Of a DNA stretch of 64,000 nt, positions 25,439 through 38,100 are shown piece by piece. Where the stretch lies: contig JAYWIR010000008.1 in assembly GCA_036172245.1 (NCBI GenBank), forward strand, positions 3,596,001 through 3,660,000, given 5' to 3'. The notes beneath the pieces are model-generated. The model searched no databases. It was not told where the DNA came from and saw only the letters and a program-made list of their open reading frames with translations. Every line of letters starts with the position of its first letter. The first letter of the stretch is position 1. A program made the translations under genes and the position numbers. This DNA comes from Raillietiella orientalis. Taxonomy: Eukaryota.

Positions 25439-26199
25439 CCCACCGTCTCCGGGCTGTGGGGAGAACGGGAGGAAGGCAGGAGAGAGGAGGAGAGGGAGTG
25501 TGGAGAAGGGGAGGGATCGCGCCTTCTTCTGGTCCGGGCGGGAAAGGCAGAAAGAATCTTCGGAAAGCGATGAGCGTTCGTTCCGCATTAGGTCTGCGTA
25601 GGGGGGCGCGCCGGGAAGAACAGGAAGGGGCCGCCGCCGATCGGTCCCTCCCCTGCATTCCTGAAAGGTCTCTTCTTTCCTCCGTGCCCGCCCCAAGGCC
25701 GGGCGGGTCACAGTGTCGTCGTCACGGTTTCCCTACGCCGCGGGCTGAGTCGCCCGCCCTACTCCGGTAGCCACACCCGCAAAGAGAGCTCCCGGGGGGA
25801 AGACCTTGCCCCTCTTCCATCCCAGCTTCCCGAGGAAGAGGGGGAGGTGCGGCTCCTGAAGAGCAGCGGCAGGAGAAGGAGGAGCTGAGAGCAGCATCAG
25901 CGCCGAGGCGAGGTGCCGCGTGTGCCAGCAGGGACTTCCCACAAGAGCTCCGACGGAAGCCATTTTACCCCTTCTCCCTTACCCCCTTAGGCCTTGCCTC
26001 CGGGAGATGGTCAGTCGAAAACAGCCTCGACCTCGGGCAGGACGCCCGTCCCCTGACTAGAAGCCGCGCCCTTCCCCTGCAGAAGCAGGCGAGGAGGACC
26101 CCTTTCCCCACGCCACTCCCGTCCCGGTGCGAGTCGGGACCTACAGGCGGCGGGGCATCCTCTCTCCCCTCTCTTCTCCGCCCTAGGACGGGAAGCCCC

Positions 26200-28700
26200 A
26201 GGAGGAGGAAGGGCGATAGGGTCAGTTCTGCTCACCTGCCGTTTCCTTGACAAAGTCCTTGAGCTGTGGGCTGCCCTTTCAGGAAGGGGGGCTCAATCTC
26301 TGGTTCCCTCGGGTGAACAGAAGGCGTCGGTGGCTGCGCGTCTCTCCGGGACGCGTCCCTGGGAACAAACTGCGTGCTCCTGGAAGATAAGACCGCTTCC
26401 AGATAACGCGCCTGGAGTGGCTGCTGGGGAGGACCCGCGCCTTATCTACCCCCTCCCTCTTCTTCTTCCCGCCGCCGGGCGGAGAGCCGCTCCAGGAAGC
26501 GGGCTCTCCCTTCCCGCTCGGCGAGCTCCTGGACTCGCGGGCGTCTGGCGGCGACCCTGTCCAGTCCCTGCCGCCTCCTCGGCGGTCAGACCGGAGCGCC
26601 CGTGCTCAGGAGCGCGAGTCGCGGCGCAGGGTTCCAAGGCGAGAATGAGCGCGTTGGTCGATGGGACACGCACGAGACGGCAAATAGGCGCATGTAGGGG
26701 GAGGAGAATGGGGGACCTAGAGCGTATCTCACCACCTGTCCATGGGCAGGGAAACCTCCGCAGATAAAATAGGAGCGGACTTTCAGGCATAGAAGGGGGG
26801 TCAGACCGGAGTAGCGGCTAAAACGAAGGGTGCGCATGCGTCGTGCATCCCTCAGCTCATGCGAGGAGGGAGGGGAAGAAGGGAGAACAGCGCGGACCAA
26901 AGGCATCTCGCTGGAAGACGCGCGCGAGTAAGCACCCAGTGCACCCAACGAAAAGAGATGACGGAGGGCGACGGTGGTGACGACCCTTCCCAAGAAGAGT
27001 ACCTCCAGAGAAGGGAGGCGGGCGTTGTCTTCAGAGCCCGGAAACTATGGATACTTCCAATACCGTGCACCGGGGAAACGGAAGAACGGGCGCGTGCTGG
27101 AGGAAGGCACGCGGGATTTGACGAAAAAGCGGTGTCAGACCTGCAGCTCCCCACCGCCGAGGGGGCGACACAACCCTCTGCTGCGTCGAGACTCTCCGCA
27201 AGCGTGGCCCGGGCAACTGCTTGTCGCAGGGAATAGCGACCGAGACCCCAGAACTGGCCTGTCTCGACCTTTCCTTAGTCTAGGTGCTTCCGTCCGATGT
27301 GGAGACAGGGGGCGGAAGCGGCCGGAGACGCTTTCTCGGGGAAGCCTGAGCCATCCGAATTCCGGCCGACGCCCTCGCGTCCCGGTCCGGAGGCACGGGA
27401 GGGAGGGTGGGTGGAGGGAAGAAGTCCCGCAGCCTCCCGGAGAGAGCGTTGCCGGCCGGCTATTTCCCTGATGGGCCACCTTGCCTCCGGAAGCCAAGGG
27501 AACCCCGAGTCCAGGGGCGGGTTCCCGCGGAAACTGCGAGATGGCAGCAGAGGAGAGAGAGCGCGCTCTACGCGACGAGTCGGTGATGCGGAGCTTCCGC
27601 TCATTCCCAAGCACCACAAGAGGGCGCCCCTGGCACGTGAGCGGGGTTCAACGGTTGCTCGGGGAGGACGGGCGGATGTCTCCCTGCCCATCCCACTCAA
27701 TCCTCCCCTCATCCCTGTCTCCAGCACCCAGGACCACGCAGGTCCTTAGGCGTGCTCTCCAGCGTTCCGTGAAAAAGACGAAAGGGACCAAGCAGGAGCA
27801 ACCGGAGAGGAACCGAGGACGGAGGAGGCGTCCAGGTGCAGAGGGGAGGCGTCGCTGCCCTCAGTGCTTGCCTGGAAACGGAAACCATGCCTCCCCCTTG
27901 CCCCCCGGCAACCTTTCAGACCGTCAGACCGTCCTTTTTTCCCTTCCTTCGTTGACATCCAGATCTCTGGAATCTCCGCGCTCTCGTTGATTGCTAGACT
28001 TTGCCGGCAGGAAGCCGCTGATGCCGAGTCGGTTTCGCTCCCCCCCCCCCCCCCTTCCGTGGTGAGGCAATACGAAGGGGGGAAGGGGAGGGGGTGTAAG
28101 GACGGGAGGACACGGAGCCCGGCAGGTATGACGACGGGGTGGTTTAGGAAGTGCGATGCGAGGGAGGAGGATTCTTTCCTTGGAGTCCGCCAATCGGCGG
28201 GATCCTGCAGGGGCAGTTTGTGTGCGGGAGGCACCCGCCCTTCCCTTTTGCCCTCCACATGGAACTTGGAGTTGAGAAGCCATCACGCGTTCCTTTTCCT
28301 CTTCGCAGGTGGGCACGAAGATTCCTCTACCAGCGCGCACTGCTTCTGCGCCGACCAGAAAGACGGCCGCTAGGTGCGCTGAGGACAGCCGCTCTGCTCC
28401 TGCCGCATCCTGAGAGCGCAGCAACTTCTGGTTGCTCCTGGACCGTTCTCATGGATGGGACGAGGAGGTGGTGGCGCCTGCCGCTGGGGCATTCGTGCGA
28501 ATGAGCTGCGCCGAGGTGGAACGCATTTTTCCACCTCAGCGTATGCAGCGAGACGCCCACGGATGGGACGCACGTTTTCACCGCACGGGGATTTCCAAAA
28601 ATGATTCCTTGGGAGCAGAAAAAAGAAAAAAGCACGACCTCGAAGACGCACTTCCCGCGACCCAATCACAAGCGAACGGGCTCGTGAACATGGCGTCCCT
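26200..28700 (-). mobile_element. Decayed L1/Tx1-like LINE ORF2 (endonuclease and RT relics)
   Basis: In order: LQDPADWRTP (L.D.WR), GRFRPLSP (NYRPISL), SDTAFSS (D.EKAFD), RHLFSLGAL (PLLFSL), FSRYSGLTP..K (F...SGL.IN..K), TNALILA (NSLILS). A possible ORF1 relic (SGIRAAKV) lies upstream at ~31.3-31.6 kb. Confidence 0.45.
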
Positions 28701-30989
28701 GTGGCACGCGAACGCGCACGCGTTTTTTTTTCACCTGGTGCAGGGCGTGCACGCGTGCTGTCTTCTCGCTCCGAATAGGGAGCGCGACGGCCTCACCTTT
28801 CTTTGCCCCTGCGCGCTACGTTAAGCAGGCTGCTCTGGCAAAAAGGGGATGGGAGGGGGGAGGGGGAGGAAGCAGGTGCCCGTTCGGCCCCCCTCCCCCC
28901 TTCCTTCCGCGGCGCCGTGCGCGCACGCTAGGTCAGTGGTTGCGCAGCAGCGGCACATGGACCGAGGGGAGGCACCTTCTGCACGGGCACACGTCTCCTC
29001 CCCCTCCGAGAGTCGCTGCCTCCGGGGCTCCGCGGCTTGGGCGGCCTCAACCACGGAACCCTTTTCCCGAGAAGCGGCTTTGCGTATCACCGCAACGGCA
29101 CGTAACCATCGCGTTTCCCGGAGCAGCGCCCGGTTCCGCCGCCGCGCAGCTCTCTCTCTCTCTCTCTCTCTCTGTATGTGTGTGTGTTGCTGAAATAAAT
29201 CGTGCGGTGTAGAGATCTTAACACTACTACTAATACTTCCCACGTCAAACAGAGCCCCCCCCCCCTCTCTCCAATTACATAGACGTGTGCACTCTGACTT
29301 GTTTGTCCCGCTGCCGCTACGCTCACACGCTACGTGTTTAAAGGATCCAGGAAACTTCATATAAATGTAGCGCACCGCGCGGATGGATGGCATTCCTGAA
29401 TCGATCTGCTCTTCAGTTCCAGGGAGAGCGAATGCATTCCCGACCTCTCCTCGCTGGTGACCGAAGGATTCCCTCCGTGTGCGCTTCATCGGCAAGCCTT
29501 CGGCCCTCCTCCGCTCTGAGGTCCAAGACTATCGCGCGTGTGCGGGCGGGCGGCAGGCCGCAGATGGGTCGCTCGGAGGGATAGGGGGAACTGTAACTCA
29601 GTCCCCTCCCCCCCCCCCTTTCCCCCGGTTTTTATCGGACAGGAAATGGAGCGTTTCGAAATCGCCCGTGATGCGCTTTTAAGATTCTGCCTCTGTGGAA
29701 GATCCTCTCCAAGGCAGCCGGGGAGGAGGAACCTACTCCGGGAGAGGCCTTCGGGAACATGACCATAGGAACAGGTGAGAAAAGATAGCTCGGCGCGGGG
29801 CCGAGATTGACCTCCACCCTCGGAGCGAAAACAAACGGCGGGCAGCGGCGTCTCTCTGCCTGGCGCTTTCAGGGACCCAGAAAAAGGGACAACCCGAAGA
29901 GCCGAAAGAGGGGGCCGTCCGCGATGCGGTGCAGGGACTCCGGGAGGAGCAGCCGGGAAGGGCGCTACCGTCTGTCTGCCCCGGCCCGTTCGGGAGTCCG
30001 TCCCAGTCTCCGCCGTAGACTCGCAGCCCGGTACGCCCACGCTATGGAGCGCAGGTCCCTTCCCGGCTCCGAGGTGTGCCGGAGGGGGTGGGAGGAAGGG
30101 GGCAAGGAATCGTCGAGCGTCCCGCGAGCGCTAGTCCTCCGTGCCTCCGTCTCGCTCGTAACCCGGAGACGGCCCTTCCATCCTCGGCAGAGCAACAACG
30201 GTGCCCCCTCGAAAAAATGAGCATCATCGGCGGCGTCCTGCTGACGTGGCCGCCACCACCCACCCACTCAGGCTCCTGGCCGGCGTCCCCTGTTTCCTGC
30301 AGGACATCCGCCGTTCGGGACGTCTCCGCGGTTCCCTATCGCTTCTTTCTGGCGCCACTCCGCGGGCATGCGCGAGGAGCGCAGCACGGAGAAAGGGGCC
30401 GGCAGGAGGGGGAGCATCGCGGCGCGCCCTCTCGGAGCGGCAGTGACGCCGCGGAGATCGCCGAACTAAGCGGAAACTGCAGCCCGGGCGGCGATCCGTG
30501 CCGGTCACGGGAGGCGCCGACGCGGTCCGAGAGGTCGCGGCACCTTCCGCTGCTGCTCCTCCCCCTTCGCCTGGCTCGCGCCGTCCTCTCCCCTTAGCCC
30601 TTCGGGCGGTCGCGGGGAAGGGGGGAGGGGAGGGAAACGCGGCTTCCTTTGTCATCGGGCGGGCTCTGGAGAGGAGGGGCAGGCCGGCAGGGACAGTCGT
30701 AGGGGTCGGCGGCAGCCGAGGCGGGGCCCCTGACACAGGGAGTCCGGAGGACAGCGGTAGAGGAGGAGGAGGAGCCAGGAAACCACCCGCAGGGGCCAGG
30801 GGGCGAAAGAAGTTCTCTCCCTGAACCCTTCCCAGAGCTACTCCCCTCCCCGCACTTTCCCGTCGCCAGCAGCAACGCCTGACTACGCGAAACGAAGCGC
30901 CACGTGCGCCGCGCCCGTACGTGGTGCTGAGACCGTGCAGGGTGTCTGACATGCGCGCGATGGGGCGCGACTGGGTCAGAGGCCCGTAT

Positions 30990-31130
30990 GGAAACGCGAG
31001 GTGCGTGAGAATGTGGGAGACGCGTGAGGACATGTGTGCAAGGTGGTGCGTGATCACGTGGGAGAGGCGTAAGGACACGCGAGGTGCGTGAGAGTGTGGG
31101 AGAGGCGTGAGGATACGCGAGGACTGAGAA
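30990..31130. repeat. Degenerate minisatellite, unit ~38 bp (GCGAGGTGCGTGAGAGTGTGGGAGAGGCGTGAGGATAC), 3-4 copies
   Basis: Repeated gaggtgcgtga..gtgggaga.gcgt.agga.ac blocks. Confidence 0.7.
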
Positions 31131-31980
31131 TACTTGAGATGCCTGCATATGCATGTGTGTGTGTGATTTGCGTAGAACAGGAGATACGTGCGCATATGGC
31201 GTCAGAGTGTATGCGATGGATGTGAAGAATGTGAACGTGCGACATGTATGTGCGCGTTTTCGAGACGCGCCCGTTCTTCCCTCCTTCTTTGGAGGAGCTC
31301 CTTCTCTGCCCGTGTGCAGGAATACCAAAACAATTCACATGCTGTTGAAAACAAATTTCCTGCGTGATGATTCGCCCAACCTTGGCGGCACGAATCCCGC
31401 TAATTGCATTACTTGCAGCAGCGTCATTGCAAACAACTGCGGCGCTACGTTACAGGTGATCCAGCAGTAAGAATGCATCAGCGTTCTCCCGTGTGTTTCA
31501 TCCCGTAGAGTCTTTTATACTTCATGACGTGACTCGCCTCGTTCCTCCCGGACCAAACTGGAACCATGAAATCGGATAAAGGGGACAAGCAGGCGTACCC
31601 TCGAGAAACTTTGGCCACAAGAATCCAGCAGCCTCAGAGAAGTGAGTACGAGTAAAAAAAAAAAAAAAAAAGTGTGCTTTCTTCTGTGTGCGCGCGGGCG
31701 CGTGTATATGGGGGAGGGGGGGGGGGTCATGCTCGCTGTGGCCGAAAAACGGCGCGTTTTCGTGGTGCGTGGTGTCGCCTGCGAAAAAAATTTGGGGCTT
31801 CCCTCCCGGCTATCCACTCGCTGCTCGTTTGGCGCTCGTGGCTTCGCACACCCCCAAGTTGCCCGGCTTCCTTGTGGACGGATTCCTCCCGCCACTTTTC
31901 TTGCGACACGTCGGTGGGGCATCGGAGCGGATTGCCATGCGAACTACAGATCGGTGGCCATGTCCCCGTGTCGAAGAAAA

Positions 31981-32068
31981 GTGGGTGCCGAACTGGGGTG
32001 CGACGGACAAACGGATAACTCGTGGGATGCCGAACTGGGGTGCAACCAACGAACAGATAACTCGTGGA
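31981..32068. repeat. Tandem duplication, two ~42-bp copies
   Basis: gtggg(a)tgccgaactggggtgc...(g/a)gataactc at 31981-32021 and 32022-32063, then a partial third copy. Confidence 0.85.
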
Positions 32069-35000
32069 ACTGCGCTTGTCGCTCCGCGCAAGGTCACCCA
32101 GGGAAAATCCCCACTTTAAGGTCGCGTTCGGGTGTCGCTTTTCTTTGTGTGCATTGGGATCGGTGGCATCCCTGCTTTCTTCTGCAAAGCAACAGTGAAA
32201 AACCACCCCAGGACCGACCCTGTTTCTATTTTGCTCTCGGATTGTTCCTCCTTGATTTTTTTTTTTTTTTGTTTTATAAGAGCATGCATTTTTCTCAAGG
32301 GGAGTGGTGGTATTTCTTTTTCCTGCTTTCTCTCTCTCTCTCTCTCTCTCTCTGTGTTTTTATTTTTTTCTTCCCCTTTGAACGAACTGGAAATACTGCT
32401 GACTGGCGCGCATTCCGCTCGCATGCGCAAAGGCGCGCCGCCGGGTGGGCGCTGGGCATCCCACGCGTAGGAGCACGGAAAACAATGGCGCATTGCGCAA
32501 GCGTCGGTCGGAAGGTTTTTTTACGTCATTCGACGAGCGCCCGTTCGGAAAAGGCCGGGCACGGCCCGTGCCGCCCAGCACCGCGCCCGTTTCCGCTTCT
32601 GCCAGGCTGGCCGCATCACCACGCTTGGCTCTTCCCCAGAGACGCACGCAGCATCAGCATCAGCAGAGGCGGCGGGGGCGCGTTCTTCCCGTGCGCGTGT
32701 AGGTTTGCACACGTCACGGAAAGCGCACATTTGCCGAGCGGTGACGCAACCGGGGTGCGAGCGGCCGTGTTCAGGCAGTCGGGATAGACCTTTGTCGGTA
32801 GCCCAGTCCGGGGAGCCCACGAACGCGTAGGGCGAAAAAATGTGAGTAGGGCAGCGAGGAGGGGCGAAGACGCCCCGTGAAGCGGAGGCGGGCGGGGTGG
32901 GGGTGGGTGGTGGGGAAGGGAGGAGCACAAGCCTCGTCCACCTGCCACGCCGCCTCGGTGTGCGCGCGATTCGGCGAGCTTCGCGTTTCCGCCGTTTGGC
33001 ACCGCGCGCGGCGACGGCGCGAAGGAATGTTCGCGAAGGGGCAGGTAGGTATTGTTGCGGCCTGCGAGGTTGCCTAGCAGCGGCGAAGCGAGAGGAGGCG
33101 TGGAGCGCGTCTCGACGTCGTCGCAGAGGCGTGGAACCTTCCCCCCCCCCCCTCCCTCCCTCCCTCCCTCTCCTCTGCGGTCCAGCGAAACTCCCCTTCT
33201 CCCGAGCTCGACGTCACCGGCTGCTGCTGCTGCAAAGGGTAAGCGGAGAGCATCGTCACCTCCTGGATCCTTTGGAGAGACGGTCGCCTGCGTCGTGCGG
33301 CAGCTTCCGGCATCTCCCGCTAGGGCTTACCACCCACCACTTTTCCTTTGTTTCCTTGCTTTCGGCTCCGCGCACGCCCCACACGCACGCGCGCGCGCGT
33401 GGGGCGCCCCGTAGGCATGACACACGATTCGAGGAAAACGAGCTCCCGGAAGTCTCTGCTGACGTTCGACGACCCTGCGTTTTGGGATTTTCCCTCATCC
33501 AAACGTACACTCTGGAAGATCCGGATCGAATCAGTGGATGGAGGGGGGGGGGGACAGGCTGCCGTTTTCCTCCCCTCTTTTTTTGTTTTTTTTTCCTCTC
33601 GTTCATACGCAGAGCGGGGGGGGGGGACAAAAAAACAGGCCTGCCCGCCCCCCCCTTTCGCGCGACCGGGCGCCACTCGTGCCTAGCGTCCGGGTCATCA
33701 AGTGTTTTTGTTTCTTTTGTGTGTGTGTGTTTCTTATCTCGAGGGTCACCAGCAAGGCAGGAGCAGCGCTGCCCGCCTTCGACGTAGCAACGCAATCGTA
33801 GTTTTCACGCCGAATGGCCAGCAGTGCGCAGGCGCCGTCGCTCCCGAGGCTGCTCCGTGCCTGCGCGTGCACCCATGCGACACGCACCCTTCCTTCCCCG
33901 TTCCTCACCCTCCTCTCGCGAGAAGGGAGGACGGTCACCGGAAGGACGACCTCGCCCCCGGATGGGAACGGAGGCTCCCGGCCGCGCCGCGATCCCATCT
34001 CCCCTTCCCGGCAGGGGTGCGGGGGGTGTCCTGGCGGTCACACGCGGAGCTCGAGGTGAAAGCAGTGCTCTCGTAACTTCCGGGCGAGGCCAGCAGCCGC
34101 CCTCCTGAAGGACGAGACCGTCGCCTCCCTGCCGCAGCCGCACGCTTCCTTGCCCACCGTTCGCCTCTGCACTCAACCACGGCCCCAGCAGCCGGACCAA
34201 GGGCAAGGAGGAGGAGGCGCATCGACGGATGGAGCGTCCTCTTGCGGCAGGGACAGCGGTCGCCGCCTTGACGGCGGAAGGCGGCGCAGGCGCGAGACTG
34301 CCCGCGCCTGTTCCCCCGTCCACCCCTTCCGTTCCTCCAGTGCTCGCCCCTATCCTTAGCGACCGCGGTCAGGCGCCACTGGGCAGAGCCCGATGCGCGG
34401 GTCCGACTGTCCGTCTTCACGCCAGAGGGGGCGCCGAGCGTTCGCGCGTGTGGCGGGGTGCGGCGATGCGCGGAGGAAGAGCGTGGTCCTCCGTCGGCTC
34501 CTGGACACGCACTGCTCTCCCGCACAGCCGGGGAAGGGGACGGGGAAGCGCCTGCTCCCCGATCTCGAGGAGGCGCCTCCTTCCGCCGCCGCAAACGCGA
34601 AACGGCAGAGCTGCTTGATGTCAGGCGGGAGGCCGGACCTGCGGATGGAGCAAGCCACCCCCGCCAGAGATCTGCGGAAGTCTGCGCGCGATCGCTCGTT
34701 TCCCAGGCGGGGCCTCCCGCGCCCACCCGCCCGCACCGGTGAGGGAGGCGCGCTGCCGCTCCCGCTCCGGCGCCAAAGAGCACCGCCATCCCGTGCGGTC
34801 TCCGGGACACGGACGGACGCGCTGCCGCCGCCGATTGGCGTTCCTCCTTGGGCAGGAAGACCATGCGGGTCCGCGCGTTTTGGGTGCCCTCGCGCCACGT
34901 CCCCCCCCCCCCCCTCTCCCTATCCTTCTCCCTCCGGCTCGGGTGCGGGCCGCCTGCCGCTTCGCGCCGAGAGTCCGCGCGCCCGCCCTTCAGACGTCGG

Positions 35001-36753
35001 TGGGGAAGTACGACGGACCGACCGTCGGGCTGCGGAGGTCCGGAAGGAAGCGGCTTGAGGCTGAGGATCGCCGCCAGGCCGCAGGTCGGTCGCCAAGCGC
35101 TACTGCGCAGCTGTTTCGCTGCTGGCGGTTGCCACCGCGTACGCTCGGGGAGTCACACGTGCCCGCCCACGATCCCATCACGTGTCGCGTGCCTTCCCTT
35201 AGGCGAGGCAATCCGAGCGGAGGAGAGGGGGAGGTAGGGAGGGGGGTGGCCGCTTCAGGGAAGCGGGAGGGGGGTTGCGCGCCCTCTTTCGAGTGGATGG
35301 CCGGTGGCAGTTTTTGCTCTCTTGGGTGACTGCTTGCTTCCGGGTGGGGAGGTGGGCGGGCTTCTCCAGTGGAATCCTTTCGCGCTCGAGCCTCGCGCCC
35401 CTCAAGGATTGGTGTGGTTGCGTCGTCAAGGTAACTGTTTCTCGGGGAGGGATCCTTTGGCTCGAGCAGTTTCTGCGCGCGGCGGCGGATCGATTCCCCG
35501 AGTGGTGAGGGACGACTTCCGAAAAGGGGGAGGGGTTTCCCCTCTCTCGGTAGGGACGCGTTCCCCGTTTGGACCCGTCTCGGAGGAGGGCGAAGATGCG
35601 CCCTCCTTCTCCGCCTCTCTCCTCAGGGCGTGTCTGGTCCCGCAGGGGAACGGCGCGAGGGAGATCCCCCTTCAACGCGCCCTAATCCTCTCCCTCAGAG
35701 GTAGCGGTGGCTGGAGCGGGTGGCAAGGCAACCGAACGCGAGCGGTTAGAACCGCCGCACCCAGATAGGCAGCAGATTGTCGTTGCCCTCGTCATCTCAA
35801 CACGGCGCTCCCGTTGGCGCGAACATGGATGGTCCTCAACTCCCTCCTCTCCCTCCCGCCACTTCCTAGGGCCGTGAACCACCGCCCCCTCCAGCGGCCC
35901 TCCGTGCTCCTCATGCCGCAGTGCCCGCCTGCTGATACGTCCATGCACCCTCCACCCCACCACCACCCAAGATAACGGGGCGAGCAATTCCTCACCCCAT
36001 CCGTGAGACTTCTGCCAACCGCTCAGAACGCGGTCTTCACGTTTGGGAGCTCAGCGGCATCTATGCACGCAGTCAGGAACTAACGGGCGCGGTATTTGAC
36101 TTTTGTTTTCCCGTGCGTATTTACTGAGCGTCGTGTGATGTGTGTTTTCTGGTTCGGACCGCTTTCCTTCTACCACTGTAGATGGATTTGTTTGGGGGAA
36201 AGGGAGCATCGAGTTAGTAGCAGGAAACACACACACACACACAGGAACGCTATGGCACGCCTGGGGCCAGCAATGCGTTGCCTCAGCAGAATCGAAGCTT
36301 AGCGGCAGGGGACAAGCGTGGGGCCTCCTCCAGCTGCGGGAAAGGAACTGGAGCCAGAGGGTTGGCGGGAGGGGTCGTGCAGCTCCCGGAGCCGAGTGCA
36401 TCCACACAGCGCCTTCTTCCCTGCGCACCTCCCTTCCTGTTCCGGTGACCCGGAGCGAGCTGCTCGGCAGCCTCTGAGGCCCGGCGGCGCCGAGGTCGGA
36501 GGCGTTCGCTCCGCCCTCGGGGAGAGAAGTCCCTCGGAGGTGGGCTCGGGCGTCCGACCGTCGTCAGGCGTCCACCGACTCGTTCGGCGATGGGTCGCGC
36601 ACGGTGCGCCGTCCCGCAGGCTTGGAGTCCCGGGACGGATTCGGTGATGTGGTTGGCGCTGCCCGCTGCAGACCACGTGCGAGCGGCGAGGTCAAGGACT
36701 CGCCTCCCCGCCCTTGCCTCTTTCACCCCGTGGCGAAACGGGAAGCGAAGAAC

Positions 36754-36792
36754 GAGGAGGAGGAGGAGGAGGAGGAGGAGGAGGAGGAGGAG
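36754..36792. repeat. (GAG)13 microsatellite
   Basis: Perfect GAG run. Confidence 0.95.
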
Positions 36793-38100
36793 GAAGTGAA
36801 GGGGAGGAGGCGGAAGAGGAGGAAGGTGCAGAAGGGAGGTACCGCCCTGCGACGCGGTTCCGACCGACCCGCTCCTCCCGTAGGCAGCAGCCTGGCAGGA
36901 AAGCCTGTCGGGTCTACCGGCGCCTCCAGCAGGGACTCGCACGACCGTGCTGGGGCGCGTCATCGGTCGCGTTTGCGGCGGCGGGAGGCTCTGAGGCACT
37001 TCCGGGGCACTTCGACAGGGAAGCTCCCGGGCCTTGCCACCCGGTCCCGGGCGCGGGGAAGAGGCGAACAGCCGTGGCGCGCGGGCAAAGCGGAGCCACC
37101 TTGGGAGCGACCCGCGGAAAGTTTCTTTCTCTGCCGCAACGCGCGGACGGGAGACTGTCCAGATCGCGTCTTCTTCTCCCACGAAGCTACGTGGTGCCAT
37201 CGGCTCCAGGGGACTCGCTGAGGAGGAAAGGGAAAAAAGTGTTCTGGCGCGACCTGCAAACTCCCGGAGGAGGGAGAACCGAAGGGACGCGGGGATTCCT
37301 TCCGGGATTGCGTTGCTCTCATCCCGTTCCCGCCTCCATCGCAGCAACTCCCTTCTGGAACTCTGGTTGTCGTTGCGCATAAGAGCCGTGGTTACCGTTT
37401 CCTTCGTATGCCCCTTTCAAGTCTCCCCGGCTTGGATCTGGGGCTCCCGTCTGCCCTTGCCCTCCCCGTCCGCAAACAGCGCGCTCCCCCCACCTCCTCC
37501 TCTCCCCCCCCCTTCTCTCGAGCGTAAAGAACCGTGCGCCTTCCTCTGGAGGCCGTTTGTACGCTTCTGGGGTTGCTGCGCTGTTGTTGGGGAAACACTG
37601 CCCTGCTTTCCGGCGACCCAAGCCATCCCGAGCTCCGTGATCGCGGGTCTGCCGTCGCTGCATCCTCGCGTGGCGCCAATGCCTCGCCGCGCCATCATGG
37701 TGGCAGCAACGGCAACCACTCTGTCCCGAAGGAAGGGCAACGGAAGACCCTGCCTGCTGTGGAGAGCGGGGCCTGCCTGCCCACCCCCTCTGAGCAGCTG
37801 GAGCAACCCTGCGACGAGTTTGGCGCGGACTTGCAGGCGGCGATGGGAGGGGTGAGCACCGGCATCACACCAGAAACTGCCGCCAAATCGGGCAGATATG
37901 CATGCGCGCTGACGCCGTCTGCGGTCACCAATCGGAGCTGCAGGGAGAACCGAGGGGGGAAGGCCAGGCATGAGCCCCAAGGAAGAGCTAAAGATGAGCA
38001 GCGCCGTCCTCGAGGTTTCGAACCGCGGCTCCTCCCTCCTGCCCACCCCCCGCAGACCTAACCGACCTATTTTATTTTATTTTTTATTTTTTCCTTCTAG

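Noticed and set aside
31981..32068. Possible CRISPR-like repeat
   Set aside because: Only two adjacent units with no unique spacers, no cas genes, and a eukaryotic context.
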